Shown here: piece by piece, positions 54,562-63,019 of the stretch
Layout of the letters: the number at the start of each line of letters is the position of its first letter
Numbering within the stretch: the first letter of the stretch is position 1
Assembly: GCA_046756565.1 (NCBI GenBank)
Contig: JBHHWO010000001.1
Location: forward strand, 18,332-82,331
From: Thermoanaerobaculia bacterium
Lineage (GTDB): Bacteria; Acidobacteriota; Thermoanaerobaculia; Multivoradales; JAHEKO01
Length of the DNA stretch: 64,000 nucleotides
Direction: 5' to 3'
Notes under the pieces: generated by a model
Seen by the model: the letters and a program-made list of their open reading frames with translations, nothing else
The model's database searches: none
Told to the model about the DNA's origin: nothing
Position numbers and translations under genes: made by a program

Positions 54562-54656
54562 CCCGAACCTCCTGGGGGCAGGCCCCACTGACAGACGGTG
54601 TTACGCCGGCAGAGTCTATACCAGATAATTACGAGCGCGGAAAAAGCTCCGTCGGC

Positions 54657-56045
54657 TCAGTCGACATAGCCGAGAGCGCGCAGAACGTCGAGATCGAGGC
54701 CTGTCGCCGCCTCGGTCTCGATGCTGGAACCGTCCAGTGCCAGCGTGCGCTCGAGAGCTTGCGAAAGTGCCGCCGCCTTTTCGGGCTCGGAGACCGCCAG
54801 ATCCACGAGCTCAGCTGGATCCGCCTCGAGGTCGAAGAGCAACCGCTCGTCGGCGCGCCCCGAGTAGTCGCTTTCGATCTCGATCAGCTTGTAGCTGCCC
54901 AGCCGGACCGCAGTGGCCACTGCCCGGCGCTTCCAGCGGGTATCGGCCACGATCGGCCGTCCTCGAAAGCCCGGAGCCGAACCGTCCTCCAGAAGCGGCG
55001 CGAGGCTCAGGCCATCGAGGCCCTCGAGAGCCGGTAGGCCGGCGGCATCGAGAATCGTGGGCATCAGATCGATCAGCGACACCGGTGCGTCCACCACCGA
55101 GCCTTCGCGCTGGCCCGGCAGCTTGATCCAGAGCGGAATCCGGACCACTTCTTCAAACAGGGAGTAGGCATGACCGAAGCCGCCATGCTCGAAAAGCTCC
55201 TCACCGTGATCGGAGGTCACAATGACGAGCGCGTCGTCGTAGATGCCCTCCTTCTTCAAGGTTGCCAACAGAGCGGCGACCGCATCCATGCTGTAGCGCA
55301 CCGCCGTGTCGTACTGATCGGTCAGGCTCTCCAGATACTCCGGGGTCACCCGATCGCGGGCCTCGATGTCGCCGTCCTTGAGAATCGCGGTCATCACCGA
55401 GTCGTTGTAGTCGAAGGTGCGGTCCGGGTCGTAGCCGAGGAGATCCTTACGATGCTCGGCCGGAACCCGGTAGGGCCCGTGGCAGTTCATCGGCTGGAAG
55501 TAGAGAAACACCGGCCGGCCATGATCCCAAACGTCCGCCTGCCAGAAATCGACCTTGGCGATCATGTCGGCGATATCGGGATAGACCAGCACCTTGCCAC
55601 CGTGGCCCTGGAAGTGCTCGAAGCCGCGGTCGAAAGCGGTCTTCTCGCCGATGAAGAGGTTGCCGCTGAAGCCGGCTGTCTGCCAGCCGGCTTCCGACAA
55701 GGTCGACGGGAGACTGGCGAGCTCGGCAGGTAACTTGGTGCTCTGCTTGACCACGCCGTGCCGCGAAGGCAGCAGCCCGGTCAGGAGCGAACTCACTGCC
55801 GGTTGGGTCCACGAGGACGTCGAATAGGCGTTTGAGAAGCGGGTCGCGGCCGATGAAAACTCGGCCAACGCGGAGCTTGTCTCGCGCCCGTAGCCGTACT
55901 GCGTCAAATGATCGGCCCTCAGGGTGTCGACGACGATCAGGACCACGTCGGGGGGGCCGGAGCCGCCGAAACCCGTGCACGAGCCGGCCAGGGCCCCTGC
56001 CAGGAGTGCAACACCGGTACCCTTCCTGAGAGATCCGAAAGTCAT
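54657..56045 (-). CDS. Sulfatase-like (alkaline phosphatase superfamily) lipoprotein lacking the formylglycine CxPxR motif
   Basis: Start at the ATG at 56045: MTFGSLRKGTGVALLAGALAGSCTG (lipobox). Metal site VLIVVDTLRADHL. The position that is C-x-P-x-R-x-x-L-L-T-G in true sulfatases reads T-Q-P-A-V-S-S-L-L-T-G. Also contains TSDHGEE. Confidence 0.85.
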   Translation of the reverse strand: MTFGSLRKGTGVALLAGALAGSCTGFGGSGPPDVVLIVVDTLRADHLTQYGYGRETSSALAEFSSAATRFSNAYSTSSWTQPAVSSLLTGLLPSRHGVVKQSTKLPAELASLPSTLSEAGWQTAGFSGNLFIGEKTAFDRGFEHFQGHGGKVLVYPDIADMIAKVDFWQADVWDHGRPVFLYFQPMNCHGPYRVPAEHRKDLLGYDPDRTFDYNDSVMTAILKDGDIEARDRVTPEYLESLTDQYDTAVRYSMDAVAALLATLKKEGIYDDALVIVTSDHGEELFEHGGFGHAYSLFEEVVRIPLWIKLPGQREGSVVDAPVSLIDLMPTILDAAGLPALEGLDGLSLAPLLEDGSAPGFRGRPIVADTRWKRRAVATAVRLGSYKLIEIESDYSGRADERLLFDLEADPAELVDLAVSEPEKAAALSQALERTLALDGSSIETEAATGLDLDVLRALGYVD

Positions 56046-56094
56046 GCGGCGGTGCTCGGCATTTCCGATTTCGGTAGAGTACCCGAATGGCGCA

Positions 56095-57567
56095 ATGGCT
56101 CTGACACGACGCCAGTTTCTGATCGACAGCAGTCTCGTCCTCGGAGCCTCGGCCACGGGCGTACTGGGCGGCTGCAAGACCAGCGGACCACCCGCTGGGC
56201 GCTACGACGTGTGCATCATCGGCTCGGGCTTCGCCGGGACATTCCTCGGCCTGTCGGCCATCGACCAGGGCCTCCATACCGTCATTGTCGAAGCCGGAAT
56301 GAAACCCAGGCGCGAGGGCACGGTCGGAACACTGGCCGAGGCATTCAAGTTTCGGAGCACGGGCGAGGTGCGCTATCCCGTCAACGGGACCCGAGCCATC
56401 ACGGTCGGCGGCGCCAGCGTTCACTGGGGCGGCGTCACCACCCGGCTCTGGCCGGAGGACTTCAGAATGCGCTCCGAGTTCGGTCGGCTGGTCGACTGGC
56501 CGATCTCCGAAAAGGACCTCGCCGAGTACTACTGCCAGTCCGAGACCCTGTTGCATGCCAAGGGACACGCTCCAATCCCGGGTGCCGAGCCTGAGCGCAC
56601 GTGCGCCTATCCGCAAACCAAAGACGAGCCCTATCGGGATCCGAAGCTCGCGATCGAAGGCCGCGAGGTGGCGTACTTTCCGCTGGCCCATTCGCGCCGC
56701 GGCGGCAACTTCGCCACCCGGCTGCTGGACCAGGAGATCCCGAGCTTCGAGGAGTCCGAGCTCGGCACCCTGGTCGAGGACCGCCAGGTGATCCGGTTGG
56801 CGACCCTCGACGGCGAGACCATCGACCACGTTGAGGTCGGTGCTTCCGACGGCACCCGCGAGACGATCCACGCGCGTGTTTTCGTCGTTGCCGCTGGAGT
56901 TGTCGAAAGCACGAGACTGCTGCTGGCTTCGACCTCGTCGTGGTTCCCGGAGGGCCTCGGCAACAACCGCGGACTGGTCGGTCACTATTTCAACGTCCAC
57001 CCCAGCCTGCAGACGAAATTCGAGCTGCGGCCGGAGCTCGATCTGCCGCGCGGACACCACCGGACCTGTGGCCTGAACACCCTCTACCGGCGCCAAGGAG
57101 TGAACGCCTGCCAGTACCAGCTCGACGTTCTCGCCGACGGCACCGCTCGCTGGAAGGCGCAGCCCGAGATCGAGCCGGTCTACGAGAGCTACCTTGGCCT
57201 GAGCGCATCGGAAACCGACGCCTTCGGAGTGCCGCTGCCCGAGCTGCACTTCGGCTACTCGGATCGGGACCAACGAACACTCGAGCGCAACCATCGCTCA
57301 CTCAAAGAGGTCAAGCGCGCACTCGCGGCTCCCGGCGAAGAGATACGCGACCACGACCGCTGGCGAGCCCACCCGGCCGGGACCTGCCGCATGGGCTTCG
57401 ACGAGACCAACGGTGTCGTCGATTCGAACGGCCGGGTTTTCGGCCTCGACAATCTGTTCGTCTCCGGAGCCTCGACGTTTCCGACATCGGGCACGGCCAA
57501 CCCGACCAACACGGTGGTTGCCCTGACTCTGCGCTTGGCCGATCACCTCGCCGATGCGCTCGCCTGA
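56095..57567 (+). CDS. GMC family FAD-dependent oxidoreductase with a Tat/lipoprotein signal
   Basis: ATG at 56095: MALTRRQFLIDSSLVLGASATGVLGGC (twin-Arg plus lipobox). Contains YDVCIIGSGFAGTF (FAD fold), HPAGTCRMG, and C-terminal SGASTFPTSGTANPTNT. Confidence 0.88.
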   Translation: MALTRRQFLIDSSLVLGASATGVLGGCKTSGPPAGRYDVCIIGSGFAGTFLGLSAIDQGLHTVIVEAGMKPRREGTVGTLAEAFKFRSTGEVRYPVNGTRAITVGGASVHWGGVTTRLWPEDFRMRSEFGRLVDWPISEKDLAEYYCQSETLLHAKGHAPIPGAEPERTCAYPQTKDEPYRDPKLAIEGREVAYFPLAHSRRGGNFATRLLDQEIPSFEESELGTLVEDRQVIRLATLDGETIDHVEVGASDGTRETIHARVFVVAAGVVESTRLLLASTSSWFPEGLGNNRGLVGHYFNVHPSLQTKFELRPELDLPRGHHRTCGLNTLYRRQGVNACQYQLDVLADGTARWKAQPEIEPVYESYLGLSASETDAFGVPLPELHFGYSDRDQRTLERNHRSLKEVKRALAAPGEEIRDHDRWRAHPAGTCRMGFDETNGVVDSNGRVFGLDNLFVSGASTFPTSGTANPTNTVVALTLRLADHLADALA

Positions 57568-57619
57568 CGCCCGGAACGCCGGCGCTGCAAGACGGCGCCG
57601 AACCCCGTAACATCGCAGA

Positions 57620-58429
57620 GTGGGAGAGTCCGGCATCCAGGCGAACACGAACGACATCGCGCCGCCGTCGAAGCTTCTCCTGCTTCTGGAAGGCCGCGCG
57701 ATGGGCGAGCTGGCCACGTCTTTGCTGCTACGGCCCCTGCTCCGGCGACTCGAAGGCGGCGACGGCCATCCGGTGCTCCTGCTCCCGGGCTTCATGGCGA
57801 GCGACCTGTCCACGCGCCCGCTGCGGCGGTTTCTGCGCGACCTCGGCTATTCGGCCCATCGCTGGACTCTCGGCCGCAACTACGGGCCTCAGGGTGACCT
57901 CGAGGAGCGCATGGACGAACGCCTCGCGGAGCTGCACGAGCGGCACGGCCGCCGTGTGAGCCTGGTCGGATGGAGTCTGGGCGGAGTCTACGCCCGCGTG
58001 CTCGCCAACCGCCGGCCCGAGCGCGTGCGCTCGGTGGTCACCCTCGGCGCTCCGATCAACGGCGACGGCGAATCAACCAACAGTGCTCGCCTCTACGAGA
58101 TCGTGACCCGGGAGCGGCTGCGCAACATCGCTCCCGAGAGGCTCGCGGAGGTTCGAAAGACCCCATCGGTTCCGACGACGTCGGTCTTCAGCCGCAGCGA
58201 CGGAGTCACGGCATGGCAGAGCTCGGTCGAGCCCGAGGGACCCCGGGCCGAGAGCATCGAGGTGCCAGGCAGTCATCTGGGGCTCGGTTTCAACCCCTTG
58301 GTGCTGTGCGTGCTCGCGGATCGGCTGGCGCAACCGGAAGACGGCTGGCGGCCCTTCTTTCGCCCGGGTGCGGTTCATCCTCCAGGCCTCAAGCGACCGC
58401 CCGAAGCCCGACGCTCCGGCGGAGCGTGA
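57620..58429 (+). CDS. Alpha/beta hydrolase (lipase/esterase-like)
   Basis: Nucleophile elbow VSLVGWSLGGVYA (GxSxG), HPVLLLPGF and later PGSHLGL. The start is a GTG, or an internal ATG at 57701. Confidence 0.8.
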   Translation: MGESGIQANTNDIAPPSKLLLLLEGRAMGELATSLLLRPLLRRLEGGDGHPVLLLPGFMASDLSTRPLRRFLRDLGYSAHRWTLGRNYGPQGDLEERMDERLAELHERHGRRVSLVGWSLGGVYARVLANRRPERVRSVVTLGAPINGDGESTNSARLYEIVTRERLRNIAPERLAEVRKTPSVPTTSVFSRSDGVTAWQSSVEPEGPRAESIEVPGSHLGLGFNPLVLCVLADRLAQPEDGWRPFFRPGAVHPPGLKRPPEARRSGGA

Positions 58430-58452
58430 AGGTAAAAGGAGCCCGGCCGATC

Positions 58453-59853
58453 GTGCGCCAGCTTTCAGGCCTCGACGCCGGGTTTCTATCGCTCGAGACC
58501 GAGACCGCGCCGATGCTGATCGGCTCGGTGTCGATTCTGGACCCCTCGACCTCCGAGGAGCCGCTCGGCGTCGACGGCTTCCGGGCTCTCCTTCACAGCC
58601 GGCTGGCCGAGACCGTGGCTCTCAGGCGGCAATTGGCCACAGTGCCTCTGGACCTCACCCGACCCTACTGGGTCGAGGTGTCGCCGGACGAGGTCGACCT
58701 CGGACACCATGTCGAGCGCACGCGACTGCCCGAGCCCGGAGGCTGGCACGAGCTGTCCGAGCTGATGGCGTTCGAGCTCAGCCGACCGCTGGACCGGAGC
58801 CTTCCGCTCTGGCAGATTCTTTTCGTCGAAGGTGTCGACTCGGTGCCCGGCGTTCCGGCCGGATCGGTGGCACTGATCGGCCGTGTGCACCACGCCGCCA
58901 TCGACGGCGTCTCCGGCACGCAGATCCTGGGAGCGCTCTTCGACCGGCCGGAGGGTCTTTCGCCACCACCCGCGAACCGAGCGATGCGAGAGCCCCGGGC
59001 GATCGAGATGCTGGCCCGCGCGGGGCAAGACCTCTCCTCGGCCCCACGCGCCGTCTCCGGAGCGGTGGGAAGCTCGCTTCTCGGACTCGCCGGCAGCACC
59101 TGGTCCCGAATCCGTGGCGCCGAGTCCCCGCCGCGGCTTTTTTCCGGTCCCCGGACGAGCCTCAACCGGCCGATCGGCGCCGCTCGATCCTGGGCGCCGG
59201 CGATCTTCGATCTCGAGCGCGTAAAGGCCGTAAAGAACGCAGCGGAGGCCACCGTCAACGACGTCGTCCTGGCCGTATGCGCCGGCGCACTGCGCGCCTG
59301 GCTGGCGGAGCGGAACGAGCTGCCCGATGACTCCCTGGTCGCCATGGTGCCGGTCTCCGTGCGCTCGGAAACCGAGACGTTCGACGCCGGCAACCTCGTC
59401 TCGGCGATGCTGGTCTCGCTGGCTACCGACGTGCCGGACTCCGGCGACCGGTTGCGAGCGATCCGAGATGCCGCCCGATCCTCCAAGAAGGCGCTCCGCG
59501 CCGTTGGAGCGCGCACCCTGGTCCGTTCCGCCGAGCTGTTTCCATTCGCGCTGTCCGGCCTCGGCGTACGGCTCTACTCGAGGCTCCACCTCGCCGAGCG
59601 CCATAAGCCAATGTTCAATCTGGTGATCACCAACGTCCCGGGTCCGCCGCGGCCGTTGACGATTGGCGGAGCCCGCATGCTCGCACACGTCGGCGCGGCA
59701 CCGCTGTTCGACGGACTCGGCCTGATTCTGCCGGTATTCAGCTACGCGGGCTCGATCTCGATCGGGGTCACGGCGGACCGCAAGATCCTTCCGGATGCGG
59801 CCGAGTTCGCACGTTTGCTGACCGCCAGCCTCGACGAGCTCCCGGGCTCCTGA
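58453..59853 (+). CDS. Wax ester synthase / diacylglycerol acyltransferase (WS/DGAT)
   Basis: GTG at 58453 gives VRQLSGLDAGFLSLETETAPMLIGSV. Catalytic motif HHAAIDGVSG (HHxxxDG). C-terminal NVPGP block (ITNVPGPPRPL). Confidence 0.88.
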   Translation: MRQLSGLDAGFLSLETETAPMLIGSVSILDPSTSEEPLGVDGFRALLHSRLAETVALRRQLATVPLDLTRPYWVEVSPDEVDLGHHVERTRLPEPGGWHELSELMAFELSRPLDRSLPLWQILFVEGVDSVPGVPAGSVALIGRVHHAAIDGVSGTQILGALFDRPEGLSPPPANRAMREPRAIEMLARAGQDLSSAPRAVSGAVGSSLLGLAGSTWSRIRGAESPPRLFSGPRTSLNRPIGAARSWAPAIFDLERVKAVKNAAEATVNDVVLAVCAGALRAWLAERNELPDDSLVAMVPVSVRSETETFDAGNLVSAMLVSLATDVPDSGDRLRAIRDAARSSKKALRAVGARTLVRSAELFPFALSGLGVRLYSRLHLAERHKPMFNLVITNVPGPPRPLTIGGARMLAHVGAAPLFDGLGLILPVFSYAGSISIGVTADRKILPDAAEFARLLTASLDELPGS

Positions 59854-59898
59854 GCGGAGCCCGCCGAAGCCCGCGGGCTTTGCCGATATCCTCCGGTC

Positions 59899-61620
59899 GT
59901 GAATAACAAGTCGGCCTCACCGGCTGGAGGAGCAGGTCTCGCAACCGGTGCGAGCGGCTTCGTTGCCGTGCTCCTGACGCCGTTCCTGGTCGACCTGCCG
60001 TTCGATTTGCTGCGCGGCGGAGGAGCCTTGGTCGCGATCGCGGGCGCCGCTCTCATCGTCGCGGGCAGACGCCGCCGACGCTCGACGGCGCCCGGCGCGG
60101 CCCTGCTTACGATCGGGCTCGCCTCGATGCTGGCGCCGGCCCTCGAGGCGATGCCGTCCGACGCCCGCGCCACGCTGGCGGTGACGGTGCTGATGGCGAG
60201 CTGGTGGATCTCGCTGGCAATCCCGATCCCGGCCACCTCGCTCCTGCCCCTGGTTCTCTTTCCGGCACTCGGAATCATGTCAAGCGGCGGCACCGCCGCG
60301 AGTTACGCCAACAACAACATCTTCCTGTTCATGGGCGGCTTCATCCTGGCGCTGGGAGTGCAGCGGTGGGGGCTTCACCGGCGAATCGCCCTACACATCG
60401 TCCGCGCGATAGGCACCAACCCCTCGCGCATGGTGCTCGGATTCATGCTGGCCACGGCGTTTCTGTCGATGTGGATCTCGAACACGGCCACGGCCTTGAT
60501 GATGCTGCCGATCGCGCTGGCGGTGATCGCTTCGCTGGGGGCGGTCGGCGGCGATACCCCGGCCGGCGGATTCGCCCCGGCTCTGCTCCTCGGCGTCGCC
60601 TACTCGGCCTCGATCGGCGGGCTTGCGACGCCGATCGGCACGCCGCCGAACATCTCCTTTCTCCGGATCCAGGAGATCATCTACCCAGCGGCGCCGACCA
60701 TACCGTTCGGCCGCTGGACGCTCGCCATGCTGCCGCTGGTGGCGCTGTTTCTGCCGCTCGCCTGGCTGGTGCTGACCCGCGTCACCCACCGGTTGGAGCA
60801 GCACGACGTCGGCTCGGGTGCCAGTGTGATCCGCGAGAACCTGGCGAGCCTCGGATCCATGGGCACAGGAGAGCGGCGGATACTGTGGATCTTCTCGACC
60901 ACCGCCGTGCTCTGGATCACACGCGCCGATCTGACGATTGGAGCCGTCAGGGTGCCCGGGTGGGCGGGAATCGTCGAGCGGTGGGTTGGAGAGCCGTTCG
61001 CCGCGGCCAATCTCCACGATGCGACCGTCGCGATGGCGATGGCGCTCCTGACCTTCCTGATCGCCGCCGAACCGGACTCCACGGGCAAGCGCCAAGCTCT
61101 GATGGACTGGGAGACCGCGGTCAAGCTGCCCTGGGGAATCCTGCTCCTGTTCGGCGGTGGCTTCGCCCTGGCCGGCGCGTTTCAGGAGACCGGGCTTTCA
61201 CGCTACCTGGGAGAGGTCTTCGCGGCCCGCGTGTCCGAGGCTCACCCACTGGTACTGGTCGCCGCGATCTGCCTGCTCCTGACCTTCCTGACCGAGGTGA
61301 CGTCGAACACGGCGACCACCGAGGTCATGCTGCCGGTGCTCGCCGGCGCTGCCGGTGGCATGAGCGTCCATCCGTTGCTTCTGATGCTGCCGGCGACACT
61401 CTCCGCCAGCTGCGCCTTCATGTTGCCGATCGCGACCCCACCCAACGCCATCATCTTCGGTTCGGGTCAGATCGAGATGCGCCAGATGGTGCGCGCGGGC
61501 GCCCTACTCAATCTGATCGGCGCGCTTCTGATCTCGATCTTCTTCTACTTCGTCTCGGCGCGACTTCTCGGGCTCGACCTCGGCAGCGTGCCCACGTGGG
61601 CCGCCCAGACGGGTTCCTGA
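59899..61620 (+). CDS. DASS/SLC13 family anion:sodium symporter (sulfate/di-tricarboxylate type)
   Basis: Two SNT hairpin motifs (WISNTATALMMLPIA and EVTSNTATTEVMLPV), polytopic membrane profile, 573 aa with a GTG start. Confidence 0.88.
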   Translation: MNNKSASPAGGAGLATGASGFVAVLLTPFLVDLPFDLLRGGGALVAIAGAALIVAGRRRRRSTAPGAALLTIGLASMLAPALEAMPSDARATLAVTVLMASWWISLAIPIPATSLLPLVLFPALGIMSSGGTAASYANNNIFLFMGGFILALGVQRWGLHRRIALHIVRAIGTNPSRMVLGFMLATAFLSMWISNTATALMMLPIALAVIASLGAVGGDTPAGGFAPALLLGVAYSASIGGLATPIGTPPNISFLRIQEIIYPAAPTIPFGRWTLAMLPLVALFLPLAWLVLTRVTHRLEQHDVGSGASVIRENLASLGSMGTGERRILWIFSTTAVLWITRADLTIGAVRVPGWAGIVERWVGEPFAAANLHDATVAMAMALLTFLIAAEPDSTGKRQALMDWETAVKLPWGILLLFGGGFALAGAFQETGLSRYLGEVFAARVSEAHPLVLVAAICLLLTFLTEVTSNTATTEVMLPVLAGAAGGMSVHPLLLMLPATLSASCAFMLPIATPPNAIIFGSGQIEMRQMVRAGALLNLIGALLISIFFYFVSARLLGLDLGSVPTWAAQTGS

Positions 61621-61624
61621 CCGG

Positions 61625-63019
61625 TCAGCGTTGCCGGCTCGCCCTCTGGGGCCGGCGGCTCCCCAACTGCTTGAGCTTCTGGTGCAATCGCGTGCGGTGA
61701 ACGCCGAGGAGCCGCGCGGCTTCACTGACGTTCCATCCCGTCTTCTCGAGTACGGCTTCGATGTACTGCTTCTCGCACTGGCTCCGGAAGTCTCGTAGCT
61801 CGACGACCTGATCGGCACCTTTCACATCGAAAATCGGATCCGGCGCCGGCGCGCCGCTCCGGTAGGGCTCGGGCAGCTGCTCGAGATCCACCGGATCACC
61901 GGCCAGGACCGTCAGTCGTTCGGCGAGGCTGCGTAGCTCGCGGACGTTGCCCGGCCAGGTCCAGCTCATCAGCCGATCCAGCACCGCCGGTTCGACCAGC
62001 GGCCGGCGACGCCGATTCCGATCGCAGTAGACCGCGAGAAAGTGCTCAAACAGAAGCCTGATGTCGTCACCGCGTTCACGAAGCGGCGGTACCTCGATGG
62101 GCAAGTGGGCCAAACGGTAGTAGAGATCCTGGCGAAATCTCTGCTCCTCCACCGCGGTCTCGAGATCCGCGTGCGTCGCGGCGATCACCCGGACGTCCAC
62201 ATGCCGATCTTGCTGGCTGCCGAGTCGCCGGACACAGCCGTCCTCCAGGACTCTCAGCAGCCGGCTCTGGACCTCGAGGCTCATGTCGCCGATCTCGTCC
62301 AGAAACAGCGTGCCGCCATCGGCTTCCTCGAATAACCCGGGCTTGTCGTCGCGAGCATCGGTAAACGCGCCGCGAACGTGCCCGAAGAGCTCGTCTTCGA
62401 CCAGATGAGCCGGAATCGCCGCGCAGTTGATCTTGACGAACGGTCGGTCGCTGCGGCTCCCGGCCTCCTGAAGAGCGTCCGCCACCAGCTCCTTGCCGCT
62501 GCCGCTTTCCCCGCGAATCAGCACCCGTGCGTCCGTCTGAGCCACCTGAGCGATCAGCTCCCGGAGCTCCCGGATCAACTCCGACTGCCCCAGGATTGGC
62601 TTTGAAACTCCGAGCTCGGTTTCTAGCCGCGCGACCCGCCGGCGCAGGTCCGAGTGCTCGAGGGTGTTGCGAATCGAGCGCAGCAGCCGTTCGCGATGGA
62701 ACGGCTTCTCCAGAAAATCGTGAACGCCCAGCTGGAGAGCTTCGACGGCCTCACTGATCGAGGCCTCGCCGGAGATCACGATCGTCGGAGGCAACCGCTC
62801 GGCGTCGACCAGCCGGCGAACCAGCTCGACACCCGACTGTCCGGGCAGGCGCACGTCGACCAACAAGAGATCCGGAAGCAACGCTTCGTCCGGAGCCACC
62901 CGGTCGAAAGCCTCTTCGGCGCTCGGCACGGCCTTGACCTCGAAACCCTCGTCCCGCAGTTGAAGTCCGAGCTCGGCGCGCAGCCTGGCGTCGTCTTCGA
63001 CGATGAGTACGGAGGTCAT
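61625..63019 (-). CDS. Sigma-54-dependent response regulator (NtrC family): REC, AAA+ and Fis-type HTH domains
   Basis: REC domain (ILIVEDD...LLLVDVRLPGQSG), Walker A GESGSGKE, GAFTDA loop, Walker B LFLDEIG, and C-terminal HTH NVSEAARLLGVHRTRLHQKLK. Confidence 0.93.
   Translation of the reverse strand: MTSVLIVEDDARLRAELGLQLRDEGFEVKAVPSAEEAFDRVAPDEALLPDLLLVDVRLPGQSGVELVRRLVDAERLPPTIVISGEASISEAVEALQLGVHDFLEKPFHRERLLRSIRNTLEHSDLRRRVARLETELGVSKPILGQSELIRELRELIAQVAQTDARVLIRGESGSGKELVADALQEAGSRSDRPFVKINCAAIPAHLVEDELFGHVRGAFTDARDDKPGLFEEADGGTLFLDEIGDMSLEVQSRLLRVLEDGCVRRLGSQQDRHVDVRVIAATHADLETAVEEQRFRQDLYYRLAHLPIEVPPLRERGDDIRLLFEHFLAVYCDRNRRRRPLVEPAVLDRLMSWTWPGNVRELRSLAERLTVLAGDPVDLEQLPEPYRSGAPAPDPIFDVKGADQVVELRDFRSQCEKQYIEAVLEKTGWNVSEAARLLGVHRTRLHQKLKQLGSRRPQRASRQR

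Noticed and set aside
55447-57294. A 615-aa minus-strand ORF spanning the sulfatase/GMC divergent region. Similar large shadow ORFs: 29927..31537 (-), 34815..36386 (-), 13767..15254 (+), 10510..11562 (-), 21245..23563 (+), 58486..59688 (-), 60204..61700 (+).
   Set aside because: Each overlaps a gene on the other strand or frame that carries unmistakable family motifs. The shadow ORFs are Arg/Gly/Pro-rich with no motif.
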